Shown here piece after piece: positions 9,801 through 19,442 of a stretch of 64,000 nt of DNA. A program made the translations under genes and the position numbers. How positions within the stretch are numbered: position 1 is the stretch's first letter; each line of letters begins with the position of its first letter. This DNA is from Bdellovibrionales bacterium (GTDB lineage: Bacteria; Bdellovibrionota; Bdellovibrionia; Bdellovibrionales; UBA1609), in contig OZ241877.1 of assembly GCA_965203095.1 (NCBI GenBank), positions 1 through 64,000 on the forward strand. The letters are read 5' to 3'. The notes under the pieces were generated by a model. That model made no database searches and was not told the origin of the DNA. It was given only the letters and a program-made list of their open reading frames with translations.

Positions 9801-10634
9801 CTACTCTACCGGACAGGCCAAATAGGCAATCCAAGTATCGCAAATATCCCCTTTTTTAGACTTTTTAAACTGGCCAGAACCTTCTCCATTTTTATCTGTC
9901 TGTTCCCAATAAATATGAATTTTTGAAAAACCAGCCGATCTCAAAGCATCTTGCAGTTCTGGAAGAGACCAAATTCTCCATTGGTAGGAAAAGGCTTTTT
10001 TTTGCTTTCTCTCCCCCTTCCTTTTAAAGTGAATGTAAAATTGGGCATAATGGCTTATGGGGTCAAAAGTGCTCTGTTCCCAATAGTAATTAAAATCATC
10101 GTGCTCCACCTTTTCCTCAGAAAGCCCATGGCAGTCCGGCCCGCCCACAGCATCAATAAGAAAAAGCCCTGGGCGGAAAAGGGCTTTTTTTATATTTTTA
10201 AAATATTGGACTAAGCTCTCCCTTTTCTTAAGGGTAAAATAAGAAAAGTTGCTGACTGTAATAAGCTCTGCCGAAGGCAGATGGGGCCTTAGGACATTTT
10301 TATTGACAATTTTCAGGCGAGACTTTTGGGAACTGTTGAGCTGGGACAGGTGGTTTTTTTTGCCATATTCTAAGGGATCTTTGTCCGAATCAATGACGAT
10401 GGCCTGATTCTGAGGATGATCTTTAACCCAGTGAAAGCTCACATAAAAAGATCCGCAAAAATCTTCACGAAAGATCCGAGGTTTTTTTTTGAAAAAATCT
10501 TTATAGACAGATTTAAAGAATCGAATGTCCTCTTTAGGGCTTTGAACTGAATTTTTATAATAAAAATACTTGTCAAAAGGAGGGAGTTTTGGCATAATGC
10601 GGGCTGTTTTATAATAGTTTGAAGTGAAATTCAA
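9801..10634 (-). CDS. Putative class I SAM-dependent methyltransferase
   Basis: SVQSP, REDFCG motif I, NFSYF, YYWEQ, WRIWSLPE; likely start at MPKLPP. Confidence 0.7.
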   Translation of the reverse strand: MNFTSNYYKTARIMPKLPPFDKYFYYKNSVQSPKEDIRFFKSVYKDFFKKKPRIFREDFCGSFYVSFHWVKDHPQNQAIVIDSDKDPLEYGKKNHLSQLNSSQKSRLKIVNKNVLRPHLPSAELITVSNFSYFTLKKRESLVQYFKNIKKALFRPGLFLIDAVGGPDCHGLSEEKVEHDDFNYYWEQSTFDPISHYAQFYIHFKRKGERKQKKAFSYQWRIWSLPELQDALRSAGFSKIHIYWEQTDKNGEGSGQFKKSKKGDICDTWIAYLACPVE

Positions 10635-10732
10635 GCTTTTGAGCTGGTTCTATATAAAAAAAACTGAGGCTATTGACAAAGCTCTGATTTTTATCTATAA
10701 AAAGCTCTTAACTCAACCTAAAGGAGAAAACT

Positions 10733-11002
10733 ATGAAAAAGTTATATGTGGGCAACTTGCCCTACAGTGTAAAAAAAGAAGATTTAGAAAAGATCTTTTC
10801 AGATTATGGCACTGTATCTGAGGCGATCCTTATCGAGGATAGGGACACCGGGCGATCTAAAGGTTTTGGTTTTGTGGAAATGGATACTCCCGAATCCGCC
10901 GATAAAGCCTTTAAAGCTTTAGACGGGAAGGATATCCAGGGTCGGAATATAAAAGTTAATCCCGCCCAACCAAGAGCCCCTCGCTCTAACAAAAAATTTT
11001 AA
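10733..11002 (+). CDS. RRM-domain RNA-binding protein
   Basis: RNP2 LYVGNL and RNP1 KGFGFVEM. Confidence 0.95.
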   Translation: MKKLYVGNLPYSVKKEDLEKIFSDYGTVSEAILIEDRDTGRSKGFGFVEMDTPESADKAFKALDGKDIQGRNIKVNPAQPRAPRSNKKF

Positions 11003-11003
11003 T

Positions 11004-11025
11004 AAGCCAAGTCACTTGGTTTTTT
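11004..11025 (+). terminator. Possible intrinsic terminator after the RRM gene
   Basis: agccaag-tca-cttggtt hairpin followed by a T run. Confidence 0.45.
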
Positions 11026-11029
11026 CAAA

Positions 11030-11746
11030 ATGAGAACAGGGAATCGAGCCAAAGATGAGCTGAGGCCATTAGTTATTAAGCCCAATGTCAACTGCTGGGC
11101 TGAAGGAAGTGTTGAAATATGTATGGGGAGAAGTCAGCTCTTATGCACGGCCAGCGTTTCCGACACAACCCCTAACTGGCTGAACAGCCCCGGACAGGGT
11201 TGGGTGACGGCAGAATACGCCATGCTTCCCAGAGCTGGAGATTTTAGGAATAGCCGTGAAAGGGGGACTCATAGCGGGCGATCACAGGAAATATCCCGTT
11301 TGATTGGTCGCAGTTTGAGAGCGGGTGTGGATCTGCAAAAATTAGGCGAGAGGCAAGTTTATGTGGATTGTGATGTTTTGCAGGCGGATGGCGGGACCCG
11401 CTCTGCCGGTGTCACCGGTGCTTTTGTGGCTTTGGCCTTGGCTTTAAAAAATTTAAAAGATCGTTCTATTATAAAGGATCTGCCTTTAAAAAGTTATATT
11501 TGTGCTGTAAGTGCAGGGCTGATGAATGAGTCGGCTTATTTGGATTTGGATTCTCAAGAAGATAAAGATTGCTCAGTAGATATGAATTTTGTTATGAATG
11601 AGCGTGGAGAGTTTATTGAAATCCAGGGAACGGCGGAAAAGCAAAGCTGGACTAAAGATCAATTAGGACTTTTAATGGATATGGCCCAAAAATCCAGCCT
11701 TCTTCTGATTGATAAACAAAGGGAAATTGTAGGAGAATTTTTCTGA
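11030..11746 (+). CDS. rph: Ribonuclease PH
   Basis: GWVTAEYAMLPRA, GRSQEISRLIGRSLR, DCDVLQADGGTR, EIQGTAE. Confidence 0.96.
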   Translation: MRTGNRAKDELRPLVIKPNVNCWAEGSVEICMGRSQLLCTASVSDTTPNWLNSPGQGWVTAEYAMLPRAGDFRNSRERGTHSGRSQEISRLIGRSLRAGVDLQKLGERQVYVDCDVLQADGGTRSAGVTGAFVALALALKNLKDRSIIKDLPLKSYICAVSAGLMNESAYLDLDSQEDKDCSVDMNFVMNERGEFIEIQGTAEKQSWTKDQLGLLMDMAQKSSLLLIDKQREIVGEFF

Positions 11747-11915
11747 ATAGACGCTTTGCGTTAAAAACTCATCAAAGCTTTTTTCCTTAAATTATTGATT
11801 TTACCTTTTAATTTTTAAAAAAATAAATTTTTGAATAAAAAACCTTGTCTGACTTTTTTTTGAGGATTAAGTTAAGGAGAAGAACAGTAAAACCAACTTT
11901 TAGGAGTAATTAATT

Positions 11916-12500
11916 ATGAAAAATTTTAATTTAATCGCCATTTTGTTCTTTTCCTTGTTTTTTATTTCCTGTGAAGAGGAAAGCACCAGCCCTTCTGCTC
12001 CTTCTATTCAGGCATCTAAAGGTGTAGCAGGTGATAATCAGGTTCCCGCTCCTGAACATGTGCCTATTATGACGGAAAAAGCTCCATCAGTAGAACAACC
12101 TATAGTCACAGCAGAAATGACGGAAGAGGCTCAAGAACCGGTCACAGGTGAGGAGGGGACAGCCGTTCCCACTCCTGCAGACCCCGCTCCACAAGTCACT
12201 ACTGTTGAAGAAACAGCAGTCCCATCTAATAAGGTTTTTTGTGTAAAAGAGGGAGAGGCGGATATTGTTTTTTCTGTTTACAACTATGAACCCGGCAGTA
12301 AAGCACGATTATGTGAAATCTTTGATTCTCGATCTTCATCAGCTCCGCGTTGGTATGCCACACAAGATGCCACTTTTTGTAATTGGCTTATGGAAAATTG
12401 TTTAATAGGCTATAACAGTGCTCAATGCAATGATCCTACCAAGGATTTCAGAGTTCCTGCCTTACCAGAGGGATGGACATGCTCTGCGGGGGAGGAGTAA
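11916..12500 (+). CDS. Hypothetical lipoprotein with Pro/Thr/Glu linker and Cys-rich C-domain
   Basis: Lipobox FISC, RBS aggag, six Cys in C-terminal domain. Confidence 0.7.
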   Translation: MKNFNLIAILFFSLFFISCEEESTSPSAPSIQASKGVAGDNQVPAPEHVPIMTEKAPSVEQPIVTAEMTEEAQEPVTGEEGTAVPTPADPAPQVTTVEETAVPSNKVFCVKEGEADIVFSVYNYEPGSKARLCEIFDSRSSSAPRWYATQDATFCNWLMENCLIGYNSAQCNDPTKDFRVPALPEGWTCSAGEE

Positions 12501-12501
12501 A

Positions 12502-12720
12502 ATGAAAAACTTTTTAAAAAATCGGAGGGCCTTAGGGCTTACTTTTTTTATACTGATCTATTCCTCTTGTAGCACAACAGAACCAACACCTCATTATTTT
12601 TCTGAATCTGAAAAAATAAAATATGAAAGTAGTAAAAAGACTCTTCAAGAGCTGTGCAAAAAATATGGCTACAAATATAGACAAGGTAAGTGTGTCAGTT
12701 TTTATATTTCAGCTCCTTGA
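12502..12720 (+). CDS. Small hypothetical lipoprotein
   Basis: Start MKNFLKN after RBS ggaggag; lipobox YSSC. Confidence 0.55.
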   Translation: MKNFLKNRRALGLTFFILIYSSCSTTEPTPHYFSESEKIKYESSKKTLQELCKKYGYKYRQGKCVSFYISAP

Positions 12721-12782
12721 TAGATTTTCTAAATGTAACATAATATATCTTATCGGCATTTTGATATAAGAGACAGATTGTT

Positions 12783-14480
12783 TTATCGGGGCCATCTGGG
12801 GCAAGGGTTTTTGTTTTCCCTCAAAAATTTGTTGGTGTATTGATCCCATAAATTCACCATGGATAAGCCCGATACTTCCCCACTTCGCCCTAAAACCGCC
12901 TCTGTATGAGCCAAGTTAGAAACAGTCCATTTTAGCTGTCTTCCTGTTGTTTTTCCGGATCGGCTTCGTTTATTTCCTGGTGAGAATTTTTCTACAAAAT
13001 AAAATTCCCTCAATTCCTCCCAAGAGGCTTTATCTTTTTTGTATTTCCATCGGTCAGAGGATTTGACCAGATATCGAGTATCTTCCAAAGTGCGTCTGTC
13101 TCTTACAGCTTGAATCGCCCTCACAACCCACATCGCCCCACTGTTATAAGCCGAAACCCCCCTTCTCCAACCGTCTTTTTCATCTTCCGGCAGGCTTTGC
13201 CAAGAGGGGCATTGCCCTGTTTTTAAAGGCTGAGGATTCACTTTGTTATAGGAGTCAGACACTAAAATTTTTACCGCTGAATTGAGGTTATTTATAGGGT
13301 TTTTAAGGCATTTAAGATTGCTTGCAGTTCCCATTTCATGAGCATGGCCTTTAAGATTGCGACACTGATGGACTCGAGAATTTACTTGAAAAAGGCCCGC
13401 ACTTTCCTCTCGCTCATTACTGGCTGTTGCAGGGCAATTTCCTGCACTTTCAATACTCATCATGGCCATCATGATCTCTGGAGGCACCCCCTTTTTACAG
13501 GATTCACAGTAAGCTTTTTTAAAAAAATCTTTAAACTCACCTGGGCAGGTCCGGTTGAAGTTCTGAATAATGAGCTTCAAAGATGTTTTAGGGGAGCAAA
13601 TTTGAGAAATAAGTATTGTATTTTTTATTTTTCCTATAACTTTTTGCCTCACTTCCTTAAGTTTTGTTTTAATTTTGCTTAAAAACCCCTCTTTAACTAA
13701 TAAGCTCAAAGCAGAGCTATCTTTTGTGCATTCCGCACAAAAACCCGCTTCGGTATCCTCTATTCCTTCAAGGGAGAGGCACTCCTCCTCCTCGCCTCCC
13801 TTTTTCGGCTCTTCTCGTGTGGCGGGAACAGCATAGCCATCTTGTGCAGTCTCAAAACCTCCATTCACCGGTGTTATATTCTCTTCAGATACCAAATGAA
13901 CAGATCCTGTTTGCACGGTCTGTTTTCCCGAAGAATCTGTATCCACAATTTGCATCCGCCCCGGATCTGTTCTACTTACAAAAATTGCACGATTCCTGGA
14001 AGAAGAAGTATCACTTGCAGAAAGATCTTCAGCAGGTGCAGGTGGGCTACTTTGCCCTATATCAAGTCTTCCTCTGGTTTTAGCCGGCTTTGCCCTGGGT
14101 GGTGTTGGAGGAGTTGTGGGAGAGACTTTACCCTCAGCCCTTCGTGAAGAGGCTCGGCCTCTCCTATATCTTCTGGGGGGGGTCCAAGGCTCCCAATCGT
14201 CATCCTCTATCTCTTCTGTTTCAGCACTGGTAGGTAAAAAGGCTGGTAAAAAATATTGGAATTGAGGGATAGCCGAATCTGTTGGATAAACAGCTAAAGG
14301 GAGAGCTTGCCCCGACCACTGCCCCATACAAGAGGGATCTCCAGGGTATTCACAAAGAGGCACAACAGGAGCACCGGCAGGAATCCATGTGGGAGTTCCA
14401 TTAAAATTAGGGTTAAACATAATGTCTGCACCATTCACTGCCCAACTGAAAAAAATAAAACTAAAAATTTTTATAAGCAT
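12783..14480 (-). CDS. Secreted lytic transglycosylase (SLT domain) with low-complexity N-region
   Basis: MAMMSIESAG, GLFQV and AYNSG SLT motifs; signal peptide. Confidence 0.85.
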   Translation of the reverse strand: MLIKIFSFIFFSWAVNGADIMFNPNFNGTPTWIPAGAPVVPLCEYPGDPSCMGQWSGQALPLAVYPTDSAIPQFQYFLPAFLPTSAETEEIEDDDWEPWTPPRRYRRGRASSRRAEGKVSPTTPPTPPRAKPAKTRGRLDIGQSSPPAPAEDLSASDTSSSRNRAIFVSRTDPGRMQIVDTDSSGKQTVQTGSVHLVSEENITPVNGGFETAQDGYAVPATREEPKKGGEEEECLSLEGIEDTEAGFCAECTKDSSALSLLVKEGFLSKIKTKLKEVRQKVIGKIKNTILISQICSPKTSLKLIIQNFNRTCPGEFKDFFKKAYCESCKKGVPPEIMMAMMSIESAGNCPATASNEREESAGLFQVNSRVHQCRNLKGHAHEMGTASNLKCLKNPINNLNSAVKILVSDSYNKVNPQPLKTGQCPSWQSLPEDEKDGWRRGVSAYNSGAMWVVRAIQAVRDRRTLEDTRYLVKSSDRWKYKKDKASWEELREFYFVEKFSPGNKRSRSGKTTGRQLKWTVSNLAHTEAVLGRSGEVSGLSMVNLWDQYTNKFLRENKNPCPRWPR

Positions 14481-14488
14481 ATATAACT

Positions 14489-14516
14489 TTATCGGTATTT
14501 TCCTAAGTTTATTTTA
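14489..14516 (-). promoter_or_regulatory. Sigma28-type promoter TAAA-N16-ACCGATAA, 8 nt before the SLT ATG
   Basis: Direct motif match on the minus strand; no SD before the ATG. Confidence 0.6.
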
Positions 14517-14733
14517 AAAAACAAAATTCAGTTTAAAAATCCCTTTGGCATTATCAGGGGCATTATCAGGACTTTTAGCTTGGCCAATCCATCTTTTGTA
14601 AAATTATAGCATAAGCCATCCCATTCAAGATAGAAAAAAACTCCTGTTTTTTGAGCACTTTCAAATAAATCTTGACTTTTTGTTTTAAGCAATCAATAAT
14701 GGATATATAAAATAATTACCAGAGAGGTTAAAT

Positions 14734-15111
14734 ATGTCTGAAACAATGAACCCGGCCACAAAGGCAGGAATGGAAATAGCTGATAAGGCCCAATGGATAA
14801 ATATGGACACAGTAAGAGGACTTGTTCCATTGTTTATTTTTGGGATTTTTTTTGTCGCTGTTTTAACTTATATTAATTCCAATTTAGACTCAAAATTAGA
14901 TGCAAGAATAAACCCTATTGACAAAAAAATAACTAAGATTGAAAAAAGAATGGACAGTTTTGAGATAAGAATGGACAGCCTTGAAAAAAGAATGGACAGT
15001 TTTGAGATAAGAATGGACAGCCTTGAAAAAAGAATGGAAAATCTTGAGGCTGGGCAGGTTAAAATCTTAACTATCCTTGAGAAAATCAAGCCTCAAAGCT
15101 CTAAAAAATAA
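14734..15111 (+). CDS. TM + coiled-coil small protein with 21-bp heptad repeats
   Basis: MSETMNPAT start shared with 22013; (I/L)EKRMDS/FEIRMDS repeats; LEAGQ; promoter TTGACT-N17-AATAAT at 14672. Confidence 0.8.
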   Translation: MSETMNPATKAGMEIADKAQWINMDTVRGLVPLFIFGIFFVAVLTYINSNLDSKLDARINPIDKKITKIEKRMDSFEIRMDSLEKRMDSFEIRMDSLEKRMENLEAGQVKILTILEKIKPQSSKK

Positions 15112-15171
15112 AGGCTGGAGTCCCCAAGCAAAAAAAGGGGGATCTTACTGTTCGTAAAGGTTGGCCCATCA

Positions 15172-16257
15172 CTACTTGGCCGGCATTTTGGCCGACAAAA
15201 GCTTTTGATGAGGCATATCTAAAGTTCTGGTGGGGAAAGCAAATTTCAGATCCATTTTTTTAGCCAATTTAAGAATTTCCAAAAAAATAGCTTGTTTTTG
15301 TAAAAGCTCCGAATCCCAGTCACTCACTTTCAAAAAAAAGTTCAGCAAAATGTTCAAACTATGAGGGCCATAGCCAGAAAAATAACACTGATAATAATCC
15401 TTGCGGGTTTGAGGATTAGATTGAATGATTTTTTTTATCCCCTCCACAAAGGCAGAAATTTTTTCTGGAGGGCTATCATAAGTGAGGTTCAATGTGATTC
15501 TTGTCCTCCTGGACCGCCTTTTACCCAAATTATCGATAATGGAATCCGCTATTACTGAGTTGGGAATGGTGAGAAGGGAATCATAAAATGTTTTTATTTT
15601 TGTAGAGCGAAAACCGATATCCTCCACTGTGCCTTCCACCTTATTACAAACAATCCAGTCCCCTACAGAAAAGGGCTTGTCCATAATCACTGTAAAACCA
15701 CCAAAAAAATGGCTTAAAGTCTCCTTAGCGGCCAAAGCAATGGCCACACCACCTAAACCCAATCCCGCGAGCAAAGAGGTCACATTCACCCCAGAGTTTT
15801 GAAGGAAAAGCAGGATAATGACAATGCTGGAAAAAACCTTCAAAATTCTTTTAGAATAAGGCAAAAGATGTTTTGTAATGGAGTCGGAAGAGCGAGCCTG
15901 AGGTCCTAAATCTGGCCGGGACTTTAATCTGAGAGCAATAAACTTTTCTAAAATATCTAAAAATTGCCAGCAAATAAGAATCAGGCTGTAAGATAAAAGC
16001 ACCCTCAAAGCAGAGGACAAAAAAACTTGCCATCGGTCTTCTACAGAAATAAACAAAAAACCAATATGGCAAACAGTCCATAAAATAAGGATAGAGATAG
16101 CACTTGGAGAAATATTTTGAAGAGCGGGTTGGAGTTTTTTTGGTAAACTTTTCACCAGCTTTTTTAAGAATAATATGATGATGGGCCTGGAGTATCTACT
16201 TACAAAAACTCCAGTAAAAACAACAATTAAGATAAAAAATATAGGATGGTTTGTCAT
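15172..16257 (-). CDS. MscS family mechanosensitive channel
   Basis: LLAGLGLGGVAIALAAKETL, DKPFSVGDWI, GTVEDIGFRST, FAFPT. Confidence 0.93.
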   Translation of the reverse strand: MTNHPIFFILIVVFTGVFVSRYSRPIIILFLKKLVKSLPKKLQPALQNISPSAISILILWTVCHIGFLFISVEDRWQVFLSSALRVLLSYSLILICWQFLDILEKFIALRLKSRPDLGPQARSSDSITKHLLPYSKRILKVFSSIVIILLFLQNSGVNVTSLLAGLGLGGVAIALAAKETLSHFFGGFTVIMDKPFSVGDWIVCNKVEGTVEDIGFRSTKIKTFYDSLLTIPNSVIADSIIDNLGKRRSRRTRITLNLTYDSPPEKISAFVEGIKKIIQSNPQTRKDYYQCYFSGYGPHSLNILLNFFLKVSDWDSELLQKQAIFLEILKLAKKMDLKFAFPTRTLDMPHQKLLSAKMPAK

Positions 16258-16266
16258 TTTTTATTT

Positions 16267-17220
16267 TTAAGCAAGAAATCCCTTTTCCTTCATCCAGCTA
16301 TCATTTAAAAATTTGCTCATGTAATTTTGAATGCCATCGGGCAAAATAATTACACAGTTTTGCCCTTTTTTTAGCCGTCGGGCCTCTTTAAGGCCGGCAA
16401 AAACAGCTGAACCGGAAGAACCACCGCACAAAATGCCTTCTTGACGGATAAGCTCTCTACTTGTGGCAAAGGATTCTGCATCTTTAGTTTTAACCCATTT
16501 ATCTATTAAAGAGCGATCTAAAACTTCGGGAACAAAATCATAACCTATCCCCTCCACTTCATAGGGATGAATAGGCCCTTTCCCTGCCAATAAAGAACCT
16601 TCAGGATCTACGCCAATAATTTCACAATCTGGACAAACTGGCTTTATTTTTTGAGATAGCCCGGTCAAAGTCCCGCCCGTGCCGGCCCCAGCGACAAGCA
16701 TATCCACCTGCTTATTCAGGTCGGACAAGATCTCTAAAGCCGTCCCCTCGTAATGAGCCATATAATTGTCCGGGTTAGCATATTGATCTAAAATAAAAGA
16801 TTGAGGAATTTCCCTTTGTAGCTTTTTGGCCTTTTCAATATGGCTTTCTGGATCGTCAAAAGCCAAGTGAGCTGGGGTCCTAACAATTTTTGCCCCTAAA
16901 GCCTTTAAAATGATCTCCTTTTCCTGACTCATCTTATCGGGGAGAACAATAATTACCTTATAGCCCAAAACGGCCCCGGCTATAGCAATGCCAATACCTG
17001 TGTTCCCACTGGTGGGTTCAATCAAAGTGTCCCCTGGCCGAATATCCCCTCTTTGTTCCGCCTTTTTTAACATATTCCAGCCAATGCGATCCTTTACCGA
17101 TCCACCGGGGTTAAAAAACTCACATTTTACATAAACAGTGGCCGAAAGGCCCTCAGTCATCTTGTTGAGTTTGACTAAAGGGCTATTTCCAATAGTTTCT
17201 AAAATATTTTCAAAAATCAT
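16267..17220 (-). CDS. PLP-dependent cystathionine beta-synthase / cysteine synthase family enzyme
   Basis: CEFFNPGGSVKDR, EPTSGNTG, GTGGT, YEVEGIGYDF (CBS-like). Confidence 0.9.
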   Translation of the reverse strand: MIFENILETIGNSPLVKLNKMTEGLSATVYVKCEFFNPGGSVKDRIGWNMLKKAEQRGDIRPGDTLIEPTSGNTGIGIAIAGAVLGYKVIIVLPDKMSQEKEIILKALGAKIVRTPAHLAFDDPESHIEKAKKLQREIPQSFILDQYANPDNYMAHYEGTALEILSDLNKQVDMLVAGAGTGGTLTGLSQKIKPVCPDCEIIGVDPEGSLLAGKGPIHPYEVEGIGYDFVPEVLDRSLIDKWVKTKDAESFATSRELIRQEGILCGGSSGSAVFAGLKEARRLKKGQNCVIILPDGIQNYMSKFLNDSWMKEKGFLA

Positions 17221-17701
17221 AGTGTTTTTCCCTCAGAAAACCAGAAACTCAAATAAAAAAGGCAACTATCCTCATACTTTTGCTTTTTATATTGATGAAA
17301 TCCAACAAATTCAAGCATTTTAATCCTCCTTGAAAAAGACGGCCCAAAAAATCTCTGGCTTTTTAGCTCCCGACAAAACAGTCATTCCTGTAAATGTTCA
17401 TTATTTCGCTGACAGAATCATTTTTTAGCCTTTTCACAAATAGCATTCATTTGAACAGGGGGGCTCTTCCCACAAAAATCCGTTAAAAAAACAGATTTTA
17501 GCTGTTTTTTGCCTGATCTTGCCATTTTTTTCTAAAATTTTTTAAACAAAAACCCGATAAGTAAGTATTTACTATGAAGAAAAATAGACCCTTGGAAAGC
17601 TTGCTAAAAAGCTCCCCAAGCTTTTTGGCTTCCTTGAAAACGGGAATCCAGAAATCCCAATCTTTTCCGCAAAAACTTATTGAAAAGCCTTATTCCTTAA
17701 C

Positions 17702-17774
17702 TTTTTGCCCAAAGGCCATTTCATTTCGGGACGGCAATACCTTGAACCCTCATGAAACGCCCTTTGGGCAAAAA
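17702..17774 (+). mobile_element. Core-hairpin repeat element copy (outer ends decayed)
   Basis: Core ttcgggacggcaataccttgaaccctc (17725-17751) inside stem tttgcccaaagg..cctttgggcaaa. Confidence 0.85.
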
Positions 17775-17992
17775 TCATTAAAAAACCATTCCCTTAAAAC
17801 TCGTCATTATAAAAATGGAAGTCCTTATCCATTCAGATCGCTCCCCGCAAAAACAACCAACGGGAATCTTGCCCCCAGGGATCTCCGAGTCGCAGTTTCA
17901 AAACAATCCCCCCCCCTAAAAACGCTGTAAATTCAATAGTTTAAATCATTTTAAACACAAAAAAAACTTTTCTTTTAAACAAGGTTCATGGT

Positions 17993-18084
17993 GACTTAAG
18001 CTGGCTTTTATAGACTCAAGAAATCGTGACGAAATTAAGGCCAGCGGAGCATTGAACATAGCCTTGATTATCTGGGTGGATTGA
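17993..18084 (+). pseudogene. 3' remnant of a constant-tail family gene
   Basis: 18010-18084 reads IDSRNRDEIKASGALNIALIIWVD*, homologous to the ends of 18167 and 8991; no start codon. Confidence 0.7.
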
Positions 18085-18166
18085 GCTTTTGCCCCTTGTG
18101 TGAAAAATTTACAAAATGCTTTAAAAGACTTTATTTTCCCGGACAATCCTGCTATAACCAACCACA

Positions 18167-18637
18167 ATGAAAATACTATTAAGCCTTGTTCTTTTAATGA
18201 GCTTGCCGGCTTTTGCCAGCTCTCAATGCGGTGATGTCCCTCTTGCCCTGCAAGATTTGCTAATAGACTTGAGAGGGAAAAACTTGGAAGGGGAAAACTT
18301 GAGAAGGGCAGAGTTGTCACGGGCAGACTTGACAGAGGCAGTCTTAACAAGGGCAGACTTAACACGGGCAGACTTGGTTTTGGCGAACTTGACAAGGGCA
18401 GATTTGACAGAGGCAGTCTTGATAAAGGTAGACTTGAGTTTTGCAGACTTGAGAGGAGCAGATTTGAGAAGAGCGGACTTAAGTTTTGCAGACTTAAGCT
18501 GTTCAAAAAACTTAGAATTGGCAGACTTGAGAGAGGCGAACTTGAGCGGTGCTCTTATAGACTCAAAATATCGTGACATGATTATGAAAAGCGGAGCAAA
18601 GAACATAGGCGGAATTACCTGGTTCTTTGGGGATTAA
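18167..18637 (+). CDS. Secreted pentapeptide-repeat protein (constant-signal family)
   Basis: A(D/N)LxX repeats; signal MKILLSLVLLMSLPAFA. Confidence 0.9.
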   Translation: MKILLSLVLLMSLPAFASSQCGDVPLALQDLLIDLRGKNLEGENLRRAELSRADLTEAVLTRADLTRADLVLANLTRADLTEAVLIKVDLSFADLRGADLRRADLSFADLSCSKNLELADLREANLSGALIDSKYRDMIMKSGAKNIGGITWFFGD

Positions 18638-18677
18638 GCTCTAAAACCCTCTATTTTTCTCTCTAATCTCTATCTAT
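18632..18677 (+). repeat. Conserved 3' box, copy 2
   Basis: gattaagctctaaaaccctctatttttctctctaatctctatctat. Confidence 0.9.
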
Positions 18678-18747
18678 CCCCCAAAAAAAGCCCTCAGCAG
18701 GCAAAAAGCCTATTCTCGTTGATATTTGAAGCACTTTCAAAAAAAGC

Positions 18748-18776
18748 TTGACATTCCCGGCTAATGGCCATATAAT
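18748..18776 (+). promoter_or_regulatory. Consensus sigma70 promoter TTGACA-N17-TATAAT, leaderless geometry
   Basis: ATG at 18783 lies 6 nt after TATAAT, no SD. Confidence 0.85.
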
Positions 18777-18782
18777 GGCTTT

Positions 18783-19010
18783 ATGAAAGTTTTTACTCCA
18801 TTATTTCAAGCTGTTATTGCTTTCGTGGCTGTTTTGACGGGATTAGGGTTTGTCTTTAACCTTCTTTTAGCTCCGGTTAAAAGAGACATAGAAAAACTTG
18901 AGGCTGGACAGGCTAAACTTGAGGCTGGACAGGCTGAAATTAAACAGTTGTTTTATGAGTTTAAAAACCATTCTCATGATCAGCCAAAGCAAGCCAGCAA
19001 AAACAAATAG
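18783..19010 (+). CDS. TM + coiled-coil small protein
   Basis: Hydrophobic N-terminus, LEAGQAKLEAGQAEIKQ; 3' flank aaatagtctctttat shared with the 8661 copy. Confidence 0.8.
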   Translation: MKVFTPLFQAVIAFVAVLTGLGFVFNLLLAPVKRDIEKLEAGQAKLEAGQAEIKQLFYEFKNHSHDQPKQASKNK

Positions 19011-19400
19011 TCTCTTTATATCCTTAACCATCCCAGAAGACTTTAGGTCTTCTATCTCTATTCATAATCTTCGGGCCTGCAATGAAATAGAAAAAGAAAA
19101 CTACTCTTACTTAAAAGATCATTTTGTTTTGGAAGGAACTCAAACTGCCATCATTCCTTTTCTTATTGGAGCCGGAGGATCGCTTTTAGCTGCCGGAGGT
19201 ATTGGTTGCCTTATAGGAAACCGTATGAGATTAGACGGGGTGTTATTGACCGGAGTGTTAGGCATACCTTTAACTATATGGTGAGTGGTGCTCTTCCTTA
19301 TCCGTTTATGGTTATGCCAGTGTCTTTTGCATTAGGAGCTTTTGCCGGAGCCGTGATTTGCATGGCGGAAGATTTTGATATAATCCATTTTTTTGATTAA
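19011..19400 (+). pseudogene. Frameshifted Gly-rich membrane protein ending in the family 3' box
   Basis: Two overlapping hydrophobic ORFs join by a 1-nt shift at actatatggtg (~19278); ends IIHFFD then 3' box; no clear start or signal peptide. Confidence 0.5.
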
Positions 19401-19442
19401 GCCCCTCAGAACCCTCTATTTTTCTCTCTAATCTCTATCTAT
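19395..19442 (+). repeat. Conserved 3' box, copy 3
   Basis: gattaagcccctcagaaccctctatttttctctctaatctctatctat. Confidence 0.9.

Noticed and set aside
12709..12757. Sigma28 -10 (GCCGATAA) on the minus strand before an ATG
   Set aside because: Leads to only a 10-codon ORF and lacks the TAAA -35; possibly a relic.
17574..17930. 118-aa ORF as a real gene
   Set aside because: Runs through repeat elements, has no recognisable motif and no SD.
17946..18606. Long antisense ORFs over the pentapeptide gene (similarly 3949-4344 and 2743-3189)
   Set aside because: Shadow frames of repetitive or low-complexity sense genes.
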